Shown piece after piece: positions 13,702-25,904 of a DNA stretch of 64,000 bases (positions are counted from its first letter, which is position 1; each line of letters opens with the position of its first letter). The notes under the pieces are model-generated. The model was not told the origin of the DNA, did no database searches, and worked only from the letters and a program-made list of their open reading frames with translations. The stretch is taken from NCBI RefSeq assembly GCF_001194135.2, contig NC_068992.1, positions 48,842,412-48,906,411 of the forward strand, read 5' to 3'. The stretch comes from Octopus bimaculoides. Taxonomy: Eukaryota. The position numbers were made by a program, and so were the translations under genes.

Positions 13702-13709
13702 GCTGCTGC

Positions 13710-13762
<53 letters not shown>

Positions 13763-15940
13763 CACTATAGGTCAGGCCTAATCAAGCTGTTGTAGCGAGA
13801 TACCGGCTGAGATTTGAACCATAACTCTCAGTTTTTCCCAGTTCAGAACCATCTAACTAATGTATTTCCATAAAAGGAAAAATGCAACCATGAAAGTTAT
13901 TTAACGTTTATGTAAATATGATTCTATCAGGCAGTACTGGTTGATTTATTATAGTCGACACGGCAGACTTCAAACTTATGCAGCGAGTTTTCATGCCAAG
14001 GAGATTGGCCGAAGATTCTAGAAGTTAGCTTATAGCTATACAAGCTGACAAACTAAAACCTAGGCCAAGGAACTGCTAAGCCGTCAGTTGCAATCTATGT
14101 CATTTGTATGGGCAGTTGGTTTGTTTCCACGTCCTTCACTTTTCTTATACAGCATGTTAATGCTGCATTCAGCAATACACATCAACCTTGGCTTATAGTA
14201 TCAAACAATACACATTAATTATATGCAGTACAGTACTTTTAAGAATTATCCAGCAAATTATAATCAGTAGATTCCAAACTGTTATGTTCTGTCTACATTG
14301 TTCTATTAATTCACGGGATGTACTTATATAACGACGCGGGTTAAGAAAATATTTGAAAACTGAATTGAACTTTCGCACGGTTATTGTTTACGTGCCCAAC
14401 CTTCCTCACATTTTGAACAGCCAGTGAAGAACATATCGCCAACCACCATATTAAGCAGTCTTGTAATCAGAAAGATTCTAACCGTGCCTATCTCATATTT
14501 TTATTATGTTTAGTGTAGCGTTCATTTTATTTTTATTTAATGGGGTTTTTTTCAAAGATGGTCTGGTGTGCCTAGGGTGAAATATGTTTGCTATTTCTAG
14601 CAGCGATTTTGAGGCAAGTACTTGACGATTTTGAAGCTAGTACTTGACGAGTACTTTATTTTATCACTCCCGACATGATGAAGGGCAGAGCTGACTTCAA
14701 GAGGATTTGAACGCAGTACCTAAAGGACTGATAGAAATAGAGATTTCCAGCACTCAAATGATTCTGCCAGCTCAGTCGTTTGGTAATAATGATTTATAAA
14801 ATTGGCACAAACCCACACATTCAGTGGAGGCAGGGAGTGTAAGGGATTTCGTCGACCCAGTTCTTCAATAGTACTTTATTTCATCGACACTGACATTTTG
14901 GAAACCAAAATCGCAGTCTCAACGTGATTAAACGTCAACAAATGTATGTAAATACCAGAAAGCATTTTATTTCAAGGTTCAAACATTCCTGCTAAAAGAG
15001 GTTGATTTTCCGATGAAAATCGGTTTTTCTGCCGGTCGAAGCAGAAATGTCACTGTTCTTCATTTTCTCCGATAAGAGGAAGATTCAATTTGAACCCTGA
15101 ACGCAGACAGCCAGAACTGATATCACAAAGCAGATTCTCATATGCTCTGATAATTCCATCAATCTTCGACTGGTAATTTATTTAAAGACCTAAAAAAGAT
15201 TAATTAAAAAAAAAAAGAAGTAGCCGTGTGTTGGATGCGAACTCAGAATGTAGGATTACTTACTGCAAAACTAATTCTTACGATGCTGCCAATTCTCAGT
15301 TCATTCTGACATAAAGCGAATAAGGTACAATCAACTACATTTGCCCAAATGCATGAAGGATATTTAGTCCCTCGCACTCCGGCGGCTGAAACACAAACAA
15401 GATTCATCCAGGTGGAATTCGAAACCAGAACTTCAAAGACCATTAGATAAACAACACGCTTTCTATTCAGTCTGCTACTGTTACTACCATTTCACAGTCT
15501 TAATATCTAAGGTGTATTAAATAGTTAATACTCAAGGGATTCCTTCTTTTAGTCGATATTAAAGGCAGAAATATCATTTAGTTGTTCAATCGATAAAATT
15601 CAATTACAGAAATTATTTATTTTCTATTAAAAATTATTATTTTTTTGTGTGCGTGTTCTGTGAATATGTGTGTTTGTAAAATGTGAGTGAATGTGTGTAG
15701 GCATGTTTGCATATATGTTTATATCTGTATATGTATTTATAAAGATATATACACACACAGACCTGTATACAAACATGCACATACGCCGCATATATGCGCA
15801 TGTAAGTACACATACAGACAACATACGCACACACGAACACAAGTATACACGCACATACACACATATATTTATATACATATGTAAAGATATGCATGTATGT
15901 ATGTTTGTATATATAAATATATACACACACNNNNNNNNNN

Positions 15941-15977
<37 letters not shown>

Positions 15978-16325
15978 GTATATGCATGTATGTATGTTTG
16001 TATATATAAATATATACACACACACAGGCATGTGTGTGTGTACTTACGCGATTAGTATTTTTTTTATATATTGACTAGTTTCAGTCTTTGGACTACTGCC
16101 ATACCAGGGGCACAATCGTAAAAGGTTTTGCCGACCATGTCGATCTCAGTACATATTTCAATCTGTTATTTAATTTCTCATTATCTATTTGTCGAACCGT
16201 TATTTAACGAGTCACAAAGCGAAACTAACGTAAATAAAACTTTCTCAACGTGCCATGCACTACGGCCGAACACGAAACCAGGGGAGGCTCTTAACAACGT
16301 CATGCCACTGACTCGAATAATAATA

Positions 16326-16440
16326 TATAATTTATAAATATGTGCCACTGCGCGGCACCTTGAGCAAGTGTTTTCTACAATAGCCTCGCTCTGACCAAAG
16401 CCTACTGGGAGGATTTGGTTGACAGAAACTGAAGGAAGCT
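16326..16440 (+). mobile_element. Decayed SINE family A head/central fragment
   Basis: CCACTGCGCGGCACCTTGAGCAAGTGTTTTCTACAATAGCC...GACCAAAGCC...GGATTTGG...GAAACTGAAGGAAGC. Confidence 0.75.
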
Positions 16441-16569
16441 CACTTTCGTGACCTCTATTAATGTTGCCTCTGGGTTCTAATCGCTAATGAGTCAGCCTTT
16501 TAATTAGTTATTTACACTTACACCGATTAGAAAATCAGCATATGATTTAAACGGTTTTTTTAATACTAT

Positions 16570-16692
16570 TGACAGAGGAAGGTGAGTTTAACCCTAGGCA
16601 CTAAAAGCCGCTGATGAGAATTAAGGTGTCCAACACCAAGATTCGAAGTCGCGATACGGCTTCGTACGCTAGGGATTTACCTCCCTTTGTCA
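16570..16692 (+). ncRNA. Type I hammerhead ribozyme motif with extended helix I (A15.1 to G substitution)
   Basis: Helix I AAGCCG(16605-10)/CGGCTT(16657-62); core CTGATGA 16611-17; helix II GAATT/GATTC plus GGTGT/ACACC; GAA-G; near-palindromic helix III GTCGCGAT; cleavage triplet ATA at 16654-56. Confidence 0.75.
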
Positions 16693-16986
16693 GTCATTAA
16701 ATTAGTGCTCTGTGGCTTTAGAGTTAATTTAACTCTCATCTTAGCGTAATCGGTGCTGACCAAACACCCTCTGTCACTTATGTGACCTCTATTATTTTAG
16801 CCTTTAGGTTCTAACTGCTAATAAGCCAACTTTTTAATTAGTCGTTTATATATATGTCTGTAAACAAAGTCCGTTTTGTTTTTATGCTCCCGTTCATTTT
16901 CCTAACGTCCTGTACCCGAATATCCATCTATATATACATGTAGATGTAGATATACATGCATATGCTTATATATCATTTGTTTTATC

Positions 16987-17017
<31 letters not shown>

Positions 17018-17029
17018 CGTTTGTGTGTG

Positions 17030-17250
17030 TGTGTATTTATGTATACGTTTGTGTCAGTTTGACAACCGGTGTTGATGTGTTTATGTCCCCGTCACATAGC
17101 GGTTCAACACAAGGGAACGATAATATAAGTACCAAGCTCACCAAAGATAATGGTACTGGCTGGTATCCGTTCGTTCGACTAAAAATTCTTCAAGGTGGTG
17201 CCCAGCTTCATCCTCAGTCTAATGATTGAAATAAGTAAAAGATAAAAGAT
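17030..17250 (+). mobile_element. Decayed SINE family A 3' half
   Basis: GACAACCGGTGTTGATGTGTTTATGTCCCCGTCAC...AAGTACC...CAGTCTAATGATTGAAATAAGTAAAAGATAAAAG. Confidence 0.75.
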
Positions 17251-17531
17251 TTATTTATATTAATATGATTATATGTATAGGTGAGTATGTCTGCGTGGGA
17301 GAACATAGGTGTGTGTGTATGTATATACGTGTGTGATGGAATATAGACAGACAGACAGAAAGCGACACAGAGCGAGGTGTAAGGAACAGCGTGAAAAACA
17401 GATAGAAAGCGAGGGTAGGACGGAAAGAGAGAGAGAGAGAGAGATATAATATTTTGCTCGCATTATTCGTTTACATCAAATGTATCTGAGAGTTTACCTC
17501 AAAATCTACAAATTAATATGGTGAAATGTGT

Positions 17532-17564
<33 letters not shown>

Positions 17565-18720
17565 GTGCGTTTGTATGTGTATGTATGTACATATATACAT
17601 CNNNNNNNNNNNNNNNNNNNNNNNNNNNNNNNNNNNNNNNNNNNNNNNNNNNNNNNNNNNNNNNNNNNNNNNNNNNNNNNNNNNNNNNNNNNNNNNNNNN
17701 NNNNNNNNNNNNNNNNNNNNNNNNNNNNNNNNNNNNNNNNNNNNNNNNNNNNNNNNNNNNNNNNNNNNNNNNNNNNNNNNNNNNNNNNNNNNNNNNNNNN
17801 NNNNNNNNNNNNNNNNNNNNNNNNNNNNNNNNNNNNNNNNNNNNNNNNNNNNNNNNNNNNNNNNNNNNNNNNNNNNNNNNNNNNNNNNNNNNNNNNNNNN
17901 NNNNNNNNNNNNNNNNNNNNNNNNNNNNNNNNNNNNNNNNNNNNNNNNNNNNNNNNNNNNNNNNNNNNNNNNNNNNNNNNNNNNNNNNNNNNNNNNNNNN
18001 NNNNNNNNNNNNNNNNNNNNNNNNNNNNNNNNNNNNNNNNNNNNNNNNNNNNNNNNNNNNNNNNNNNNNNNNNNNNNNNNNNNNNNNNNNNNNNNNNNNN
18101 NNNNNNNNNNNNNNNNNNNNNNNNNNNNNNNNNNNNNNNNNNNNNNNNNNNNNNNNNNNNNNNNNNNNNNNNNNNNNNNAGTGCATATCTACATTTTGTA
18201 TATGTGTGTATACATATATATATATATATATATATATATGCACGTACGTATGTATATATATATATTATCGAGTATAAATTATGAAATTGTGTTGTTGTGA
18301 TGCCGGTTTTTGCTTTTGTTTTTGTATATATACTTAAAAGTACTCGATGCATACTTATACCGGAAGTGTGTAGAGTTTAATACGTATGTTTTAAAATATG
18401 CGTGTATATATGTACGCGCGCGCACGTGTGTGTGTTTTAGTATGCATGCATACATACATACATACATACATACGTACGTACATACATAGACCTATATGTA
18501 TACATATATATAAATATGTAGAAGTATACATAAATGGGCGCAGTCTAATAACTAAAACAAACAAAAAATAGAAAAGATAAAAAACTATAGTCTACACATA
18601 TATAAGTACATATATATGAATATATATATACATATGCATATATTTATGTATATGTATGTATACGTATACATATATGTACTTATATGACTACTTATATATA
18701 TGTATATATATGTGTGTATG

Positions 18721-18759
<39 letters not shown>

Positions 18760-19113
18760 GTATATATATATATAGATATATATATATATACACATATATA
18801 TAAATGTACGCACGCCACATGCATTTATATTTTAATCCATAAGCATGTATATGTATATTTAAAAATGTGTGTTTTTGTGCGTGAATATGTTTGTGTGTGT
18901 GTGTGTGTGTGTGTGTACGTGTGAGCATACAATCATGCTTATGTGCGAGTGTGTACGAGCATATGCGTTGGGTAAATGAACTTCATGTAATTGTACAGTT
19001 TACCTTACAACCTCACATAAACAACTGTAGCCATCGTGCTGTGAAGTCGGCCTTTCTCGAAGTGCATCTACGTGTTTGATGTCCTAATTATAACATGCAC
19101 ACACACACACACA

Positions 19114-19145
<32 letters not shown>

Positions 19146-19199
19146 TACACACGGAGAGATTGAGAGAACGATATTTATTCACAGGGGCATATATATTTG

Positions 19200-19255
<56 letters not shown>

Positions 19256-20436
19256 ACGACTTCACAAATAAAAATTCGTTTAATGACGCACGCATGATCG
19301 CACAGATATTCACATAAACAATGTGAGAGGCACTACGTGGTCGCCCGATTTTCAAGAAATAACAACCAAATCGTTTTTAAATTACAACGTAAGGTCTTGG
19401 AAAAACTATTGGTGTATCATAGAGAGAGACACACACAATGCCCAAGAAAATAGCGGAATGGTTATGGTTGGAACATCTGTTGTGTCAAAGGATAATGGTC
19501 CTGTAGTTAACAACGCACATGTGCTCACAAAGACACACAGACACACACAAGCACAGAAATAAATATGCACACAGTAGGAGACTAGAACAGGGGAGGGGGA
19601 GAAGGAGGAGGAGGAGGAGGAGGTTTCCGATGTCATTCCGATCTATTCTGCCTTTTATTTTCCATTCATTGATGATTGAACAAATGTATACCAGTCATTC
19701 ACTGGGGTCGCCTATTAAATAGAATGTTCATCTCTTCATCTCTTCTCGTACTTAAAAATACCCATGTTAAAATTCTACTGATGTTGGAAACTGTTGTTAT
19801 GAACTTACTCTGCAATGCAACCGTACCGAGTTCAAATCCTATAGCAGTTTTATATGCAATATGAATAAGAATAACATTCTCAACGGATGTCTCTTTCTGG
19901 TTATCTTCCATATCAATATCAACGTTGTATTGTATCAAAAGCTATGAAGTGGCAGAGATCAAATCCCGTTGGAATCAACGTGCTTCCTCATTCCTGTGGG
20001 TCGATAAAATAACTTCCATTCATGTACTGGACCTAATTCAATCAACATTCCTTGCATTTTATATCCGTGGCCCTTTGCCAGACTTTGAGAGGCTTACTGG
20101 TCAATATTCCCCATTGCAATGGTAGAAACGATAAAGTGCTCTTGTGATATTTAGTTAACTGGGTTCTTGAGTTCAAATACAGTTGATTTCGTATTTAAGA
20201 TTTCTCATTCGTTCTCCAGTGCCTACAGAGGACGTTTCTGTGCCTTCTGTACTTCATAAATTCCGACCACCGAGAAATGTCGTCATTGCTTTCAATGGCG
20301 TCAAATTTCACCGAGGTTAGTTAACAGCATTTAACCATCTGAGATATATTGAGAAAGTACAGTAATACAATTTGTGTATGTAACCATATTGATAGATATA
20401 TATACATACGTATACTACGTTATTAGATCCTCTCAT

Positions 20437-20766
20437 AAAAGCACATACATAGATCGTGGCAAGCAATAATCGCTTGTCATGGACGCCGGAATTTCCAATT
20501 CTAGTGGAAATTATCTGTTAGAAGCGTGCGGTCACCGTATGCCAGTCGGTTCTAACTGCTGCGAAATATAGGTTATCAACTTCTTTTCAGACACCGACGT
20601 CGCAAATAGCCAACAGGTTTATTAAAAATTAATTATTACAGACGAAGCAGTATTAATACGAAAAGATAATCTTTATATCCAACATAACATAGATGTCTTG
20701 TTAGAACACCGAACGATGAGTTATTAGCCTGGAGAGATAGATCCATATAGACGCTTAGAGCATGAA

Positions 20767-20819
<53 letters not shown>

Positions 20820-20930
20820 CGTAACAGACGAAAATCGCCTGCATGGGTGCCGGAATTCCAACATCACGTGATTTCATTTCTACTGGCAATCATCAGAGGA
20901 AAGCATCCGGTTACTGCTTCCGCCGCGAAT
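20437..20930. repeat. Diverged ~330-365-bp direct repeat (about 1.5 units) carrying a decayed minus-strand hammerhead
   Basis: 20450 TAGATCGT..AATCGC.TG.CATGG..GCCGGAATT(T)CCAA..TTCTA.TGG.AAT.ATC.G aligns with 20815; the second copy keeps CTGATGA...GAA-ATCACGTGAT on the minus strand (20856-20901). Confidence 0.6.
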
Positions 20931-20950
20931 AATTACTATATATATATATA

Positions 20951-21248
20951 TATTCTTTTATTCCTTTATTCTTTTACTTGTTTCAGTCATTTGACTGCGA
21001 CCATGCTGGAGTACCACCTTTTAACAGAGCAAATCGACCCCAGGACTTATTCTTTNNNNNNNNNNNNNNNNNNNNNNNNNNNNNNNNNNNNNNNNNNNNN
21101 NNNNNNNNNNNNNNNNNNNNNNNNNNNNNNNNNNNNNNNNNNNNNNNNNNNNNNNNNNNNNNNNNNNNNNNNNNNNNNNNNNNNNNNNNNNNNNNNNNNN
21201 NNNNNNNNNNNNNNNNNNNNNNNNNNNNNNNNNNNNNNNNNNNNNNNN

Positions 21249-21279
<31 letters not shown>

Positions 21280-21307
21280 TACGACGGGCTTCTTTCAGTT
21301 TCCGTCT
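20951..21307 (-). mobile_element. SINE family A (gap inside, head lost)
   Basis: TTTTACTTGTTTCAGTCATTTGACTGCG tail to ACGACGGGCTTCTTTCAGTTTCCGTCT. Confidence 0.85.
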
Positions 21308-21465
21308 GTCGCTACGTTCTGAGTTCAAATTCGCCGAGGTCGACTCTGCTTTTCATCCTTTCGAAGTCGATAAAATAAGTACCAGTTGAACACTGGGGTC
21401 GATGTAATTAATTCATCTCCTCCACTGAAATTCCTGCGCTTGTGGGAAGAATTTGAAACCATTAT
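21301..21465 (+). mobile_element. SINE family B lacking the A box, fused to the preceding SINE A
   Basis: TCCGTCTGTCGCTACGTTCTGAGTTCAAATTCGCCGAGGTCGAC...AAGTACCAGTTGAACACTGGGGTCGATG. Confidence 0.85.
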
Positions 21466-24400
21466 TTAGTTACTTCCCGTAACGTCCCTGAGTTCAAATC
21501 CTGCTGAGGTGAACTTTTGTTTTTAGATTCTCAGTAACGATAAAAGATAAAGTATCAGTCATCTACTCGGTTCAAAATAGCCGACCATTCCCTTTCCTTC
21601 GAAAGATACAAAAAAAAATGATAACATACCCAGCACCATCTCAATCACCAAAACGACAGAAAACATATTCTTATTATTTAATATAAATGTTTTTTTTTTA
21701 AAAAAAGAAGTCGAAGCGAAACAGAAATATATGATTTTATTACAAAATATACAGAAAAAAAACGCAGAAAGTATTTCATATTTAAAAAAAAATAAAATAG
21801 CAGAAAATATCAGAAATATATACTTTATTATTTAAATCAAAAATGGGGAAAAAAAAAACAGAAATAGAATTAAACAACAAATGAAGTTGGGATATTTAAC
21901 ATAAGATTTGATGAGAATTAATAACTGTTCGATAGAAAGAAATTTAGCGCCAAGATCGAATCTAAATACAATAGCCTCGCTCAACTTAACCAATCAAATC
22001 AAATCAAATAGCAGTTTTTTTTGTTGCGGGATCATAATTTTCTTTTACTTCTTTTTGTTATTATGCATTATTGTTGTTGTCATTGTTATTATCGTTCAAC
22101 TTTTGTTGTTGTAGTTGTTGTTAATGTTATAAGGCATTATTAATGTTACTGTTTTGTTGTTGTTATGGCGGTTTTCTCAAGACTTATTAATATTGTTCCC
22201 TGTGTGAGTAAGTGTGTGTGCGTGCGTGAGTGTATTTCAGCGTGTCGCTACCCTTGTGCGGATGTGCCTCTTTGTGTGAGCCTCTGTGTGTGTACCACTT
22301 GTGCCACTGTAATTGTATAGCTGTGTGTATGTATGTATGTATGTATGTATGTATGTATCTATGTATGTGTGTGCGTGTGTTTGTATGTTTTCGTGTTCCT
22401 ATATCGTGTGTGCGCTTATGTGTATTGTGTTTCTTGTAATGTGTGTGTTTATGTGTGTGTCTACGTCTGTGTGTATGTTTGTATAACTTAATGTGCATAT
22501 TTTTCCATGTGAATATTTTGTGTGAGTACAAGTGTTTGTGTGAGTGTGTGTGTGTGTGTGTGTATTCGAATTTCTGCGTATAGTTCTCTGTGTATACATA
22601 TAGGTTTGTTTGTCTCTCTCCACATGTATATTTATGTATGTGGTTTATTGTCTGTTTGCGTGCATCTGTAAGTCAGTGTCTATGTGAGGTTGCTGCTGCT
22701 GCTGCTGCTGCTGCTGCAGCTGTCGTTGTTGTTGTTGTTGTTGTTGTTGTTATGTTGTTGTTCCCATTATATTCCTCCCTGTTGAGTAATTGGTATGTTT
22801 ATTAGCAGTCATACACATGTGAGCAATTAATATTGTTACCAATTGTTCTTTATCAATTTATATATCTTAACTTTTTCTCTATTACCATTCTCTATAACAA
22901 AACAATACATTGTTTGTTCGTCTATTAGTTTATTTCCCTTGCAACTCCCAGCCCCACAAACCCATCAACCCCTCCTAAATTGATTCTGTCTATTGTTTTT
23001 GTTATTGTTTTTATTTTTCATTTTCTTTGTTTTTGTTTTTTTTTCGGGGCGAATTTTGGTTGGCCCTGGGAATTCGGATTCCATTCATTCACCGTAGCAA
23101 TATTTCTTCACGCTCTTCTAAACATTGTTTATTTGGCACAGAGATTCCAGAGTGGAAATTAGAAAAAAAAATCCAAGAAAAAGAAACGAAAATAAAACTA
23201 AAATAAAAGCGAAAATAAATTTCATGTGATTTGAATGGAATAACAATTCTTAAAGTTTCGGTGAAGAACGCTTTCGAGTAAAAGAACCAAGAGCTCCAAA
23301 CCAACTGAATCTTGAGATCTGGTTTCTTTCCATAGATTTAGAGCTATTTCACTTCCGTCTTAAATTTCTTTAAGGAATGCATAAATTGCAATAGATCGAT
23401 GTTGAGTTCTTATTTTGGCACAAGGCCTCAATTTATGATGAAATGTATAAGTGATTTAAAAACCTCCAGTATTTGACCTTAGATTTTGTTCTTTAGTCTT
23501 TAGTCGATTTGGTGCTGCGCCTTACACCAGTTCGTCCATGCCCAGCTTATCTGTCTCTGACCTTCGAAGGGTTTGTTTGGTTTCTTTGAATGGGTCCTGC
23601 AGCAAGTTAGCTTTTTATGAGATGTTGCTAACCTCTAATTCAGCCCTGTTGCTTCACCAGGGCTTAGGACCAGATGTCACCCTGCTTTGAATGACAAATA
23701 ACCATGTAAAGATCAAACAGAGAAAGACAGGCAGAGAGTGAGAGAAACAGAGAAATCTGTCTCAGTACTTGACTGGTACTTTATTTTACTAGCCCCCACC
23801 ACCGCACCCAATGTAAATAGAAATATAAAAATCGGTAAAATATAAAGAAATCAGAACATGAAAAAGGAAATGAAATAAAACTAAAACAAATGTCTGCCAT
23901 TATGATGTTGACAAGACATTCGTTACAGTTTAAGTTGAATCTTTGGTTGGCTGCCATATTGAATTGTTCATGTCAAACCTAAAACACCTTGTTCTCTTCT
24001 ATCACTAATTAAACCATACTAGAATTCTTAATCTCTGCTTCCAACAGAGACCACAATCCTTCCGTCGCCACAACCCTCTCCCTGATAGGATCTTGAATTA
24101 AACGACAAGTCAAATTTCCGTTTAGGATTCCATCAGCGATAAAGCCTTCTCTCTGTCTCTTAACATCTCTCTCTCTCTCCCTCTCTCTCTCTCTCTCTCA
24201 TTCCCTCACTCTGTCACTCGTTTACTCAGATTTTCTCTGTCTCTCACCTTCTCTCTCTCTCTCCCTCTCTTTCTCTCCCTCTCTTTCTCTCCCTCTCTCT
24301 CCCTCTCCCTGTCACTCACGGCTAATCTTCCCTTCTTCCCAGCTCGCACTGCGCACGCCTATTTTCATATTCTCTCCCTCCCTCTCTTTCTATCTCGCGC

Positions 24401-25356
24401 TCTTTTCTCATTTTCATTTGCCCTTTACTTGTATCTCCTTCCTCTTCTTCACATTTTGCTTTCTCTCATTTTCTTCTCCATCTCGTCCTCTTTCTCTTTT
24501 TTCTTCTCTTTCTAGAGACATTTACTAACATTAAATTAAAAATAATTATTGATTTCTTGTTTAAGAACAGGGAACAGGGCACGTACCGAGTTTTCTTTCT
24601 AATTTCCCCCCTGTTTTTCGTGGGGGTAGACGGGTGTGCTATGTTTATTTCATTTTCAGATGTATAGCAGCAATATAGTTGATTGGATTCACTCAGGTGT
24701 ACACCTGGTATTTTACAAAGTTTAAAACACCGGAAGTAATATTCAACACTAGCATGAAATGAACTCAAGAGGAAGAATACCGAGACTAAATACTGAACAG
24801 AAAGTCATTTCGCCGGCCGTGTTACAGTTTTTTTTTAAATTCGTATTAATTATACACAAGATCGATTGTTTTAAACCAGAGGAATAGATTGTTTAATTTA
24901 CACCATTACATTACAAGTATTTCAAAAACTTGAAAGCACGTGGATTGGTGTCTACAGCGTTCACAGACCATTGACTAGCAGTCATGGTGTAAACAGTTTC
25001 ATACCCGGAGTGTGTCATCAGGATACAAGTAACTGTTCTCCAATATTCAGATGGTTTCCTGCCCCCTATGTCAGTTAACTTTTCTCAGCTACAATTTTAA
25101 CCTTTAAGCTCTTTAACGTCATTGACAGTTCACCAATACATAGATCTGTTCCTGAATAAATAAATAAAAACTTAAGAATCATCGCATTTAGCTCGAACAC
25201 AAAACTTTAAAAATGCAAGAACTGCTGTCGAGTTGCTCCCCTAAAATCTTCAAGGCTGCTGTCCAACGGCTAAGACAAGTAAAATGATAAAAGAATTTTT
25301 TTATTCAATATTATCCCTAAGTTGTTTTTTTTTATTATTATATGTTCTTTAGCATT

Positions 25357-25400
25357 CGTATTTAGCTGCTATTTCAATCTATTTGGATCTCATCAGTACG
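25357..25400 (-). ncRNA. Decayed hammerhead-like motif
   Basis: rc CGTA-CTGATGA-GATC caaata GATT-GAAA-TAGC A GCTA-AA-TACG; two changes (C11.1T, U16.1A) from canonical. Confidence 0.4.
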
Positions 25401-25811
25401 GGGTAGTCAGGATATAGGGCCTATTGAACATTACCTTATATTGAATTAAATTATTACTTAAACGGACGAGAAAGAAGGATGGAGTAGACATTGAAAGCAT
25501 TTCGTTTGGAGGAAGCCATTATCTTTCATAGTTCCTCAGCATTGTAAAAGAGAGGAGAGATATAGCAGTAAACTTAATTCAAGATTTACATACAATTCGA
25601 AACATTATTCAGAGCAATCCAATTTATGTTTTCCCTGCGTATATTACTAATGCAATTCTTCATTTCTTCCTTTCGGGATTTATTTCTTTATTTATCTGTA
25701 ATTCCAACGGCAGCTCTACTGTCAGTATTCGTCAGTTGTTAGAAGATATTTAATGTCAGCCATACATCCATGGGTGAAACTCGGAGTAGACTATTAACTT
25801 TTGATGTTTCA

Positions 25812-25904
<93 letters not shown>

